Positions 52,740 to 64,000 of a stretch of DNA of 64,000 nucleotides are shown here, piece after piece. The stretch is from positions 72,354,001-72,418,000 of the forward strand of contig NC_043001.1 in the NCBI RefSeq assembly GCF_006345805.1. Direction: 5' to 3'. The notes below the pieces were generated by a model. The model did no database searches. It saw only the letters and a program-made list of their open reading frames with translations, and was not told where the DNA came from. How positions within the stretch are numbered: the stretch's first letter is position 1; each line of letters begins with the position of its first letter. This DNA is from Octopus sinensis (Eukaryota). A program made the position numbers and the translations under genes.

Positions 52740-53200
52740 GATGGGCTACAGCAAATATTCTACTCAATACCACAGATTTGCTTGTTAGTTGTTTGACCCT
52801 AACCAGTTGACCATGTCCCTTAGTGGCTGACGATATGTGCATCTCTGATCACGAGCAGAAGTAGTTGGGTAGCATCGTAGCCATGTGTTGAGAGGGATTC
52901 TTTGGGGTTTGAATAATTCACCTCTGGAAACATGGGTGTTTCGTTCAACATCCTTAAACAACCTTTATTCAGGGACCTTTTGAGCGGGATGGGTTACTCG
53001 ACCAGAAGAAAATTCTAACTGGGCTCCATCTGCAAGGTTATGTGCTGTTTATCTTGATATGAGATCATCATGTCGCGCACATATGGTTGTGATGCATGTG
53101 CCTAGTGTGCCCTTATCAGACGGGTAGCCATGATGGGTATACTGGGCTTCGTATATTTTAACCCAGTGTCCCTTTGATGGCATGCATTGCTCTCTCACTC
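52740..53200 (+). mobile_element. Element X, 5'-truncated copy ending CTCTCTCACTC-(TAA)n
   Basis: Reverse complement of about 30485-30945. Confidence 0.75.
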
Positions 53201-53269
<69 letters not shown>

Positions 53270-53299
53270 GGCAATGATGATGATGATGATGATGATGAT

Positions 53300-55830
53300 A
53301 ATAGAAAATAAGAGAAAGGATTTGTCAATCCTTAATGAAATTAGTAGACAATCAACACTACTAAGCAACAAGAAGAGAAGGAAAATACTACGTAAATACA
53401 AAATTACAGAACAAGATATACCTGAGGTAAAAGAACAGCTAAAACTAGATATCTTCACCAAACCACAAAGAATCTGCCTGTATGAGAAACGCCAACGTTT
53501 CTTTAGACAAAACAAACAGTTCATCTCCAACCTCAAAAGATTCTACCCAGAACTTGGCAAAAATAAACTAGAGATCAATGCAGCACTAACAACAGAAGTG
53601 GAAGAATTTTGGAAAGAAATATGGTCGGTGAAGGAACAACCTCAGAAGAAATCTATCAAAACAATGAACACAGCACCTGAACAACTCTGGACCCCTATAA
53701 CAACTGAAGAGGCCACCCAGGTACTGCAAAAACTAAGTAACTGGAAGGCACCCGAACACAACAAGATCCCCAACCTCTGGTTAAAATAACTAACAGGAAC
53801 ACATAAAAAGCTGGCTGAGAAATTTAATGAAATACTAGCAGAGCCAGAGACAATACCTGAATGGCTCACGGAAGGGAAAGCTATCTTAATTCCCCAATCC
53901 ACTGAAACGGCAAACCCACAAAATAACTTGTCTCCCTACAATTTACAAAGCCTTTAGGGCAATAATATCGCAGAGAATGGGAAAAGATCTAGAAGAAAAC
54001 AACTTGTTTCCAGAAGAGCAGAAGGGATGCTGCAAGGGCTCATACGGCTGTAAAGATCAGCCATAACTGAAGACAGCCGCAGAAAGAAGAAGGGTCTGGA
54101 TCAATTACCGAAAGGCTTTTGATAACACTAGCCACGAACAAAGTAGCACCAGTGATCATAAAATATATAAAACATTCCATGTATAAATGGCAGACAGTTC
54201 TGCAGCTCCAGACAAAAGAGGGACTCATAAAAACTAAAGCAGACCTCATTAGAAGAAGAATATTTCAGCGAGATATACTACAGACAGTACATAGATTTAT
54301 CAAAGAAATAAAGATGAAATTTGTGCATTCCTGAAAAGAGGAAAACTAGTTAAGAGTAGCAACATCACACTAGCTAAAGCAAATGAAATAAGAGAATTAG
54401 ACCAAAGCCAGGCATACAAATACTTAGGAATCAATGAACTAGATACGATACAACAAACACGAATGAAAGAGAAGATAAAATGGAATACTATCGACGAGTC
54501 AGATTAGTACTGAAAACAGAGCGCAATGCGAAAAACAAGATAATAGGTATCAACCCTCTGGCCGTCCCAGTTATAAGTTACAGCTACAATATTCTTAACT
54601 GGACTCTAAATGTACTAATCAAAATGAACAGGAAAACAAGAAAAATAATGACAGGATTTAGGATGCACCACCCAAAATCTGACATAGAAAGGCTATATAT
54701 ACAACATATCGAAGGTGGTAGAGGCCTTATACAACTAGAAAACTATTACAAAATAACCATCATATGATTACAGACATACCTACTTCAGAAGCAAGGAAAA
54801 TTAATACAAATAGCCAAAATACATGAACAAAACAAAAAAATTGTTTTCAGTCTTTAAGGAAGCTGACAAATATAAAAAAGAATAGTACCTAACAACTATG
54901 AAAAAAAAAAGAAGAAACAATAAAACCTGTAAAACAACTGAAATCCAAACTAAAGCTTGATCAGCATCGGATCATGATAAAACGATGTCAAGAAAAACCC
55001 CTTCATGGCAAATATTGGGTTAAGCTAAACAGAAAAGAAATAGACAAAACAAAATCTCAACAATGGCTGAGAAGCTCAGGACTCAAAGCAGAGACTGAAG
55101 GACTTTTAATTGCCGCACAAGATCAAAGCCTTCCTACCAGAAATCACCAAAAACATGTAATGAAAAGAAATACAGCAAGTAACTGCAGAATATGTGGAGA
55201 TGGAGAAGAAACAATAAATCATATTGTCTCTGGCTGCTCAGTCCTGGTTAAGAAGGAATATATTCACAGACACAGCAGAGTTGGGACCCGCATACACTGG
55301 AAGCAATGCCAACACTATAGAATAACAACAGAAAAAGATGGTATAGGCACACATCAGAAAAGGTCACAGAAAATGAGAAAGCAATCATACTATGGGATAT
55401 GCTAATACACACAGAGAAATTAAGACCAAGAGGCCAGATATAGTTGTCAGAGATAAGCAAGAAAAAAATTGCTTTCTAATTAATGTATCAATACCAACAG
55501 ATGACACTGTTTCTCTAAAAGAAATAGAGAAACTTTCAAAATACAAAGACCTAGAAATAGAGGTAATTCGAATGTGGAGTCTAAAAACCAGAAACAATTT
55601 CTATCATAATAGGCGCATTAGGTATGATAAAAAATATTCAGACAGATACATAACACCAGGGCTAATAAATATATATAACGTACAGAAAATAACACTGCTA
55701 GGCACCGCACACATTCTACGTAAAGCACTTTCAATACAGTGAAAATAAAAGCACCACAACAAACCACAGCACATACCCAAGACACATAGAATGCCCGAAA
55801 TTGGCACAACGCGAATACTAAAGACGCCTT
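53300..55830 (+). mobile_element. Longest R4/Dong-clade copy, frameshifted, with an internal RT deletion
   Basis: LSNWKAP, LFPEEQKGCCKGSYGCKD, IFQ.D, GGRGLIQLE, KPLHGKY, GLKAETEGLLIAAQDQSL, CRICGDGEETINHIVSGC, RPDIVV..K; preceded by (TAA)n. Confidence 0.9.
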
Positions 55831-55859
55831 GACAATGTGGCAAGAATGAGTCATTGGGA

Positions 55860-56345
55860 GTTCTGTGGAAATCACGGCCTATAAAGAGCAAAGATGTGCT
55901 ATGAGCAAACTCCAGGAGTCACCAAAAATGATAATTGCAAAATCCTGTGGGATACAATGATCCAGTGCGATCACCCGACCAGACATCGTAAACCGGACAT
56001 TGTTGTGGTGAATAAAAAAGAAAGAACATGTATGATAATCGACATAGCATGCCCCGGTGACAACAGGATCAATGTGAAAGGAGAAAAAATAAACAACTAT
56101 GACGATTTGAAGTGGGAAATACGAGGGTTTTGGTCAATGAAGAGAGTAGATGTGATACCAATAGTAATTGGCGCACATGGAAGTATCAGCTCTCAACTTC
56201 CAGCATGGCTGAAAAAGATTGGTGCAAGTGTAAAGGTAGAACATCTTTGCATAGTTCTTGAAGCATGACCAGTTAACAAGTATCACCTTAGTCTGCTGGT
56301 GGCTGACACTTTCCATTATACCAACAAAATAAGATGTCTGATTTC
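55860..56345 (+). mobile_element. R4/Dong 3' fragment (RLE domain + 3' UTR + TAA tail)
   Basis: KILWDTMIQCDHPTRHRKPDIVVVNKKERTCMIIDIACP..YDDLKWEI. Confidence 0.85.
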
Positions 56346-56402
<57 letters not shown>

Positions 56403-58805
56403 TAATTGTTACATTGTTTGTGTCTAGTCCCAGGGCGTTCATATATTTTTTATTTTCCGAAAATCTGAATTTAAAAACTTTCAAGTCTGATTTATTTGTG
56501 TATTTTTGTATTGGTTTAACTCTCCATGGAACATTTTTTCTAATTTCTTGCAAACATTTTACTTTGAAGTGATTCACTCTTTGTCTTTTTCTGTTTCTGT
56601 CTGTCCTTCCTCTCTCTTACTCTTTAAATTCCTCCTAACAGCATATTTCACTTCGTCTTGTCAATTATTTAAATTTTTAATATTTCTACAAATTCTTTAA
56701 ACCTAATAATTATTTCCAAGTGCTGATATTCGAGTCCTGTTAATATTAATATATTTTTCTATGGTTTCAATAAATCTTTATCTGAATATTTTCTCAAGAA
56801 TGTTTACTTGATTATTTCTTAAGTTTATTCCTCTAAATTCTTCCCCCACTTTTCTCTATCTAAATTCTGATGAATATAGACTTCGTGGGTTATATCTATT
56901 TCTAATTTCAATCTTAGGAAATGAGTTCTATTGATTAAATATATTACGTAAAATTACTTGTTATTTCCGACTCTTATTTAGAAATATAAATACTTTTTTC
57001 ACTGTGATGTTTATTATTTGTACTTAGCAATTTATTTTCCCCTATTTATCGTGTATTGGAATTTTTCTTATTTACGAGAAAATCATTTAATTTTCCAAAT
57101 CGCAGATGATTGAATCGTTAAAGGATTGGACTAGAAACCTAAGCATCGATGGTTCTAGTAATATGTAGATTCTATCGTCAATACAGTTAACTCACATCGG
57201 TCTAGTCTACCTCGGTGGAGAATATTACCTAGCAGGAAACAGAATTTGATAATAAAATAGAGAAGTAGAAAATCAGACATAAGACATATGGGAACAAATG
57301 TCCGGAGAAGAAGATACAAATAATTTACAATATATAGAACATTTAAGAAAAATTTAGAGACCTATCCTTCTATAAAGAGCTAAGTCGAACACAATAAGCC
57401 TGCTGTAAGTAAACTACTATAAGTGGTTGGAACATTATATTTACGGTGTGTTAACAGTGCTGAGAAAAAGCTCATTCTATGAGTCCAAAGCAAGTTAGAG
57501 GAAGGTTCTCTGGTGTTCAGTTGCAGGTACGAGTTCCTAATAATCTCAAAATATCTCAATTGGCTAAGTCATTTGGTATGGAGAGTAACCAATATTTACC
57601 CATACAAATTGTGTTGGCACACTCCGGTATCAACTTCCTCTACTCAACTTTTTGAACTGTGCTTAATTCAGAAGCAAGGTGCTACATTTCCTTGCGTTAT
57701 TCTTTCATGTAATGTCACAGCACGGCCTTTTCTCTGTACGCGCACTTAAGTAGTTGAACCAGTGTTAACAATTAATGCTGTGTTAACTTTGTTGGTTAAC
57801 GGACAGTTTTAAAAAGCTTTTTAACAGACACGAACCATACAGTTGTTGCGGGGGAGAGTACAATAGATTATATTGATTTCTCACCGTAACAGAAAATTAC
57901 ATATTTTAAATGTAATGTGTATGGGTTATACTGATCCAAATATTTTTTCCGTTGTTTGAAAAGTTGAAAAAATCAAAATTGACCTACATGAAATTTGAAC
58001 TCAAAACTTCAAATGCCTACTTACATCCCTCTAGGATTGTGTCCTGGTTTTCGTGAGCCACCAGATTTATGCAGACCCAACATAATGAGATATTATTGAG
58101 TGTTACCTCGATGCTCACCACCTGCAGTAGACCCTCATATTACGTCCTCCCATGTAATCAATCTCTGTGCCAGAGCGTTGCTCCTGTAAGTTTACCTTAA
58201 TTAAACACCACAAAGCATTTAGTCCGTTACCCTACCGATTCTTTCAGCCATCTCCGATGGACTTGTTAATATAAAAAATTTTGTCAAGGTGGTGAGTCGG
58301 GAAAAATCCTTAGCGGCATTGCGTTCGTCTTTGCGTTCAGAGTTCAAATGCCGCCAAGGTCGGTTTAGCCTTTCATTCTTTCGGAATTGATAAAATAAAT
58401 ACCAGTTAAGCACTGAAGTCGACGTCATCGACTAGACCCTCTCCGAACTTGCTGGCCTTGTGCCAAAATTTGAAACCAATATAAAAAAAACTTGTGTCAC
58501 ATCAGAGTTGATGGAGCGACACACAAAGTACTTTGTGCTGTTTTGTTATGTACAACGCTGTAGATTCTGAGATCGACTTTACTTTCTATTCTTCCTCAAG
58601 TCTATAAAATAAAGTACCAGTTAAATACTAGGGTAGGAGTATTCGACCATACCCTCCTTCAAATTTCAGGCCGTGTGCCTACATTATAGATATATAAGTA
58701 TGTTTCTGTTGTCTTCAGATTCTTATTTCCACTGATTAGTTCCCTCACCAAAATACAATACTACTGTTTAAATCTGTGACCCATCATAATTTGTTCTAGA
58801 AAGTT

Positions 58806-59638
58806 CGGATCTTTTCCTTTTGAACGGCAGTTTGTAACATAATTTCTAGGTGACTAAAAAGTTTAAAACTTCGTATACTGGTAGAATGTGTTTATAAAAT
58901 ATCATTTTCTCTTGGCTTTATTGAGAAAATTCTATAGGTTGTAACATATTTCGTCTTTAATTACTTGCATTTCGGCAATTTTAACTAATCAGTCACCTCC
59001 ATTGACGTAAATAACATTCTGTGCATAATGAATATGTCCCCCGTTTAAGAAACAGATTGGGTTTAATTACATTTGTGAAGAAAAAAAGATACCCTTCCCT
59101 CACCCCTAACCCTAACCCTAACCCTAACTAACCCTAACTCTAACCCTAAATCTAAAATAGATTGAAATGCAATCGATCGATACTAGGGTTATAATTATGG
59201 GTGACAATTTCATACGACACCGCTAAGTTTTTTTATAGCGGTGTCGTATGAAATTGTCACCCATAATTATAACCCTTGTATCGATCTATTGCATTTCAAT
59301 CTATTTTAGATTTAGGGTTAGAGTTAGGGTTAGGGTTAGGGGTGGAGGAAGGGTATCTTTTTTCTTCACAAATGTAAATAAACCCAATCTGTTTCTTAAA
59401 CGGGGGACATATTCATTATGCACAGAATGTTATTTACGTCAATGGAGGTAACTGATTGGTTAAAATTGCCGAAATGCAAGAAATTAAAGACGAAATATGT
59501 TACAACCTATAGAATTTTCTCAATAAAGCCAAGAGAAAATGATGTTTTATAAACATATTCTACCAGTATACGAAGTTTAAAATTTTTTAGTTACCTAGAA
59601 ATTATGTTACAAACTGCCGTTCAAAAGGAAAAGATCCG
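58806..59638. mobile_element. 833-bp near-perfect palindromic (fold-back) MITE with internal telomeric repeats, 6-bp TSD AAAGTT
   Basis: Arms 58806-59225 and 59236-59638; CGGATCTTTTC termini; AAAGTT at 58800-58805 and 59639-59644. Confidence 0.88.
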
Positions 59639-59748
59639 AAAGTTCCTTTTATTCGCTGAATATTCTAAACCCTTTATAGATTAATCCTGACAATATCGAA
59701 CTAACCAACCAACCATGGCAGGCAGGCAGGCAGGCACGCATACGCACG

Positions 59749-59785
<37 letters not shown>

Positions 59786-60269
59786 CACACACACACACAC
59801 ACACACACATACACACACACACACGCACACACACACATTTTCTCCCCCACACAAACGTTAGCTTACGTAAGCTGGACGGCAGTTTCAAGAATTACGCAGG
59901 TGAGATAATTAACACATGATTTAGTTTCAGCCTAAATTGTAGAGTGGTTGTTGTTATTGATGACGTTTTGGTTGTTGTTGTTGTTGCTGTTGTTATGTGG
60001 TTAGATATATAGATATCTAACAACTACTGTGTTACGTCATCAAGAGAAATGTAGAAGGATTCCATATATGAAGTGTGATTAACTTAAACTTTGCGACCAG
60101 TTTATGAGTTTTACATACACACATATACATACACTCATGCATATGTACGTATGTTCGTCCATTCTTGCATTCAAACATGCATGCATGCATACATACATAC
60201 ATAAATACATACATACCTGATGCACAAAAGGGATAGAGATGCAGGAAAAGCAGTAAAATGTGACAACCA

Positions 60270-60815
60270 ATGCAGACTTTTGAAGTTGACACCGAAGATA
60301 TCACCCACATCATAAGCAGTTGTCCGAAAATGTCACCACGCTATTATCTACCGGAGAGACATGATGTTGTAGGTAAGATACTATATAATGAAATCCGTTG
60401 GAAGGATAAATTCGAGGACAAAGAAATAAGAACCCATAATATGGTCGAAGTCATAGCCACTCACAATAAAAAGGAGTACTGGTGGAATGTCCCAGTGAAA
60501 ATCCCAATAAAATGTAAGCACAACAGACCTGATATAATGATTTGGGATTGAGAAGAGAAACTGTGTGCAGTTGTGGAAATTAGCTGCCCAGTGGATATTA
60601 ACATGAAGCTGAAGATCAGTAAAAAAGAGAATACCTACGCTGAACACTTGAGAAATCAGCAGTTACTCTATCCAGATTACAAGCTCAGATTTATACCTGT
60701 AATTATTGGGGCTCTTGGGTATGTAATACTAATCTTTAGGAATTGGGCTTCTCAAAACCAGAAAGGAGAAAACTGAATCAAAGACTACAAATCCAATCCA
60801 TCAGTGGAACTGTAT
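60270..60815 (+). mobile_element. R4/Dong RLE fragment
   Basis: EDITHIISSCPKMSPRYYLPERHDVVGK; HNRPDIMIWD; EISCP; FIPVIIGALG. Confidence 0.8.
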
Positions 60816-61044
60816 AAATCTTTAAAACTTTGAAGAAATTTATCATTTAAGTATATATGAGCATGTCTAAATATGCATGAGAAGATATACATAAAACAAA
60901 ACATGCAAAGCTGCACATATACATACATACATATATGCAAAATTACCCTGTTGTTGATTTTGAAATTCCAATGAAGAAACCTTGGATCTAGGTTAGAAAT
61001 CAGTTGTTTCTCTATTGGCAAATAAAACTGAATAATGACATACA

Positions 61045-61078
<34 letters not shown>

Positions 61079-61104
61079 CATACATACATACATACATACA
61101 TACA

Positions 61105-61138
<34 letters not shown>

Positions 61139-61439
61139 GGCACACACGTATATGCATAAATGCAAGCAATCATCGGCACATACATACAGGCAAACATGCA
61201 GATATATATATATATATATAATATATATATATATATTATATATATATAATATATACTAAGCAATAAGGTTCAGCAACGAATTGCTTACCACATACCGAAT
61301 TAGAAATAGCAGTCAAAGGGTTATAGCTATTTCTTCTAACTAAAAAGGGAGATCTCAGTAAAAACAGCAATTGGAAGGCTGACACAAACAGGTAAGAGAG
61401 AATGAATTAACCGCAATCTATCAAACATTTTTAAAGTTA

Positions 61440-61544
61440 TCCACGGACGTACGTTTCGAAATCAAGTTTTAGAAAGCATAAGAATAAAATATTAAATATT
61501 AAATAATTCTATCTTACCGAAACTTCTTTTCTCTTCAGCGTGGA
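61440..61544 (-). ncRNA. Type I hammerhead ribozyme
   Basis: UCCACG-CUGAAGA-GAAA..(extended stem II)..UUUC-GAAA-C-GUAC-G-UC-CGUGGA; predicted GUC cleavage between 61446 and 61445. Confidence 0.8.
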
Positions 61545-62034
61545 ATACTATAATCATAAATGATTATATATTGAATTTTGAGATACTAGGAGGTACCAAC
61601 TCAACTCAGTATCAGAGCGAGCTAGAATCCTCACTAGTATCACCGAATTCAAATTTGTGAATGAAACGATTGTGTCAACAGCCCCTTCCCACCCGCGTGT
61701 AGCCAAAACAAGATGCTGTAGTCATCTACTGAGATAAAATATGGTTATCCGTAATAATGAGGGTGAAATTAATTAATTTGGAATAATTATCAATTACACC
61801 AAGTAGTCTTCGGCATGTAAAAGCCTCATTTGAGGAAAATTTAAGTAATACTAAGCAATAAGGGTTCAGCAACGAATTGCCTTACCACTACCGAATTTAG
61901 AAATAGCAGTCAAGGGTTATAGCTATTTCTTCTACTAAAAAGGGAGATCTCAGTAAAAACAGCAATTGGAAGGCTGACACAAACAGGTAAGAGAGAATGA
62001 ATTAACCGCAATCTATCAAACATTTTTAAAGTTA

Positions 62035-62140
62035 TCCACGGACGTACGTTTCGAAATCAAGTTTTAGGAAAGCATAAGAATTAAAATATTAAATATTAAT
62101 AATTCTATCTTACCGAAACTTCTTTTCTCTTCAGCGTGGA
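62035..62140 (-). ncRNA. Type I hammerhead ribozyme (second unit)
   Basis: Same core and stems; predicted cleavage between 62041 and 62040. Confidence 0.8.
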
Positions 62141-62874
62141 ATACTATAATCATAAATGATTATATATTGAATTTTGAGATACTAGGAGGTACCAACTCAA
62201 CTCAGTATCAGAGCGAGCTAGAATCCTCAACTAGTATCACCGAATTCAAATTTGTGAATGAAACGATTGTGTCAACAGCCCCTTCCACCCGCGTGTAGCC
62301 AAAACAAGATGCTGTAGTCATCTACTGAGATAAAATATGGTTATCCGTAATAATGAAGGGTGAAATTAATTAATTTGGAATAATTATCAATTACACCAAG
62401 TAGTCTTCGGCATGTAAAAGCCTCATTTGAGGAAAATTTAAGTAATACTAAGCAATAAGGGTTCAGCAACGAATTGCCTTACCACATACCGAATTTAGAA
62501 ATAGCAGTCATATATATATATATATATATGTTATTCAAAGGAATTCCAACTCTGTTTTTTATGTTTTATTTATCTTCTTTATAATATTAATGTAGAATAT
62601 AGAATATATAGTATAAATAGTATATATAGTGTAAAATGAAATGAAGTATTGATTGTCTTATTGAATAGATGAAATATTGAATATCAAATATTAAGGGACT
62701 AGTATACTTTCTTGCATTAAAGCAGTTTTCAAGGTCCCAGGTTGTGACAGGAAAATAAAAATAAGAAATAAGTGGAAATTTTACCGGTGAGTGTGTTACA
62801 TTATAAGGCACAAAAATAAAATGACTCTCCCCAGACACAACGGAGTATACACACACACACACACACACACACAC

Positions 62875-63118
<244 letters not shown>

Positions 63119-63539
63119 GTATATATATATATGTATGTATATGTTATGCATATATGAGAGTATTGTAATTTCGCTTGAAGCATTGTGTATTGTTTGTAAG
63201 CAATAATAATAAATAGTAATAATGTGTTTTGAATGGCACAACAATGCACTATAATAACTGTTATAATTTAATCATCCCTAGTCTGATATAATATTTAGGA
63301 ATATAAAAATTTCTTCTTCAGATATCCCTAGGGATTGATCAAGTCACTGCTACAATCGATTTTCCAACGGCTTTTTTCTTCCCCCTTCTTCCTTCTTCCT
63401 TTTCTCTTTTTTCTTTCACCGGAAGTATAGCCACGCGCGGCCACGATCACCTCAAACAATTTACACAGCGACTGGTTTCGTCTTTCTGTTCTTTGGGTCT
63501 CAAAAAAAAAAAAAGCCCAATGCCTACGGAATCGCAAGT

Positions 63540-64000
63540 GCCGGAGGCAGGTCTGAAAAGCTGGAAGCTTCTAGTCCGCGACCACACATCGGCAGCGAAT
63601 CTCAGATCGTCACTCTCCTATGAATAGCTGTGATATTGGAGTTAGGCAGCTGGAGTCGTGACTGGGCTGGCATCTTTAGGATTACCGCAGCTCAGCCTCA
63701 AGGGGAACCCCGTAGAAAAGGTAGGGTAAACATCGGACACGGCAACTCGATCTGGCCAGGATACCGTGACTGGCGGACCTCCCATTCAGCGGTCGGAACT
63801 CTACTTCTACTTCTACTCATCCATCATCGACTACTAAATCCTTTGTTTCACAACCTCTCACTATTGGGGCCTGGAACATCTGCACTCTCTAGGACAAGAG
63901 TGACATTAATCATCCGGAACGACGTACAACCCTCGTCTACAAGGAACTTGCCTGCTTCAACATCGACGTGGCAGCCTTGAGTGAGACTCGGCTTCCCTGA
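63540..64000 (+). mobile_element. RTE/Bov-B-like LINE 5' region and start of APE endonuclease (in-frame stops), runs off the window
   Basis: LTIGAWNICTL*DKSDINHPERRTTLVYKELACFNIDVAALSETRLP*. Confidence 0.85.

Larger units (their letters stand above)
61254..62510 (-). mobile_element. Tandem ~595-bp ORF-less repeat (2.1 units) between (TA)n tracts; each unit has a type I hammerhead (retrozyme-like or pLTR-only element)
   Basis: Unit starts at 61254, 61849 and 62446; the same terminus recurs at 21798-21874. Confidence 0.85.

Noticed and set aside
59100-59345. TTAGGG runs as evidence of a chromosome end or fusion
   Set aside because: They are internal to a MITE that has TIRs and a TSD
63400-63450. 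CCGGAAGT (ETS-like) CpG-rich patch as a promoter
   Set aside because: A single short motif next to a LINE 5' end, with no linked gene visible

Overview
AT-rich, repeat-dense eukaryotic DNA. It is very likely an Octopus genome (inference from the SINE/MITE families, the (TA)n/(TATG)n/(TAA)n microsatellite load and TTAGGG tracts). Most short ORFs in the track are microsatellite artefacts. Two host genes are supported. (1) A + strand spliced gene with 4 phase-compatible exons (2036-8488) encoding a shortened C-type-lectin-like domain plus a PAN/Apple-like domain; its 5' exon was not found. (2) An intact single-exon caspase-3/7 homologue (12391-13242, -) that has lost both catalytic residues. The rest is mobile DNA: Penelope-like (GIY-YIG) elements with inverted pseudo-LTRs, many R4/Dong-type RLE LINE fragments at TAA tracts, CR1 and RTE fragments, SINEs and MITEs. 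The most striking non-coding signal is a set of hammerhead-ribozyme motifs from several unrelated repeat families. These include a ~595-bp ORF-less tandem repeat (61254-62510) with a fully paired type I hammerhead in each unit, i.e. a retrozyme-like candidate circRNA source. All alignments and folds were done by eye; no searches were run.
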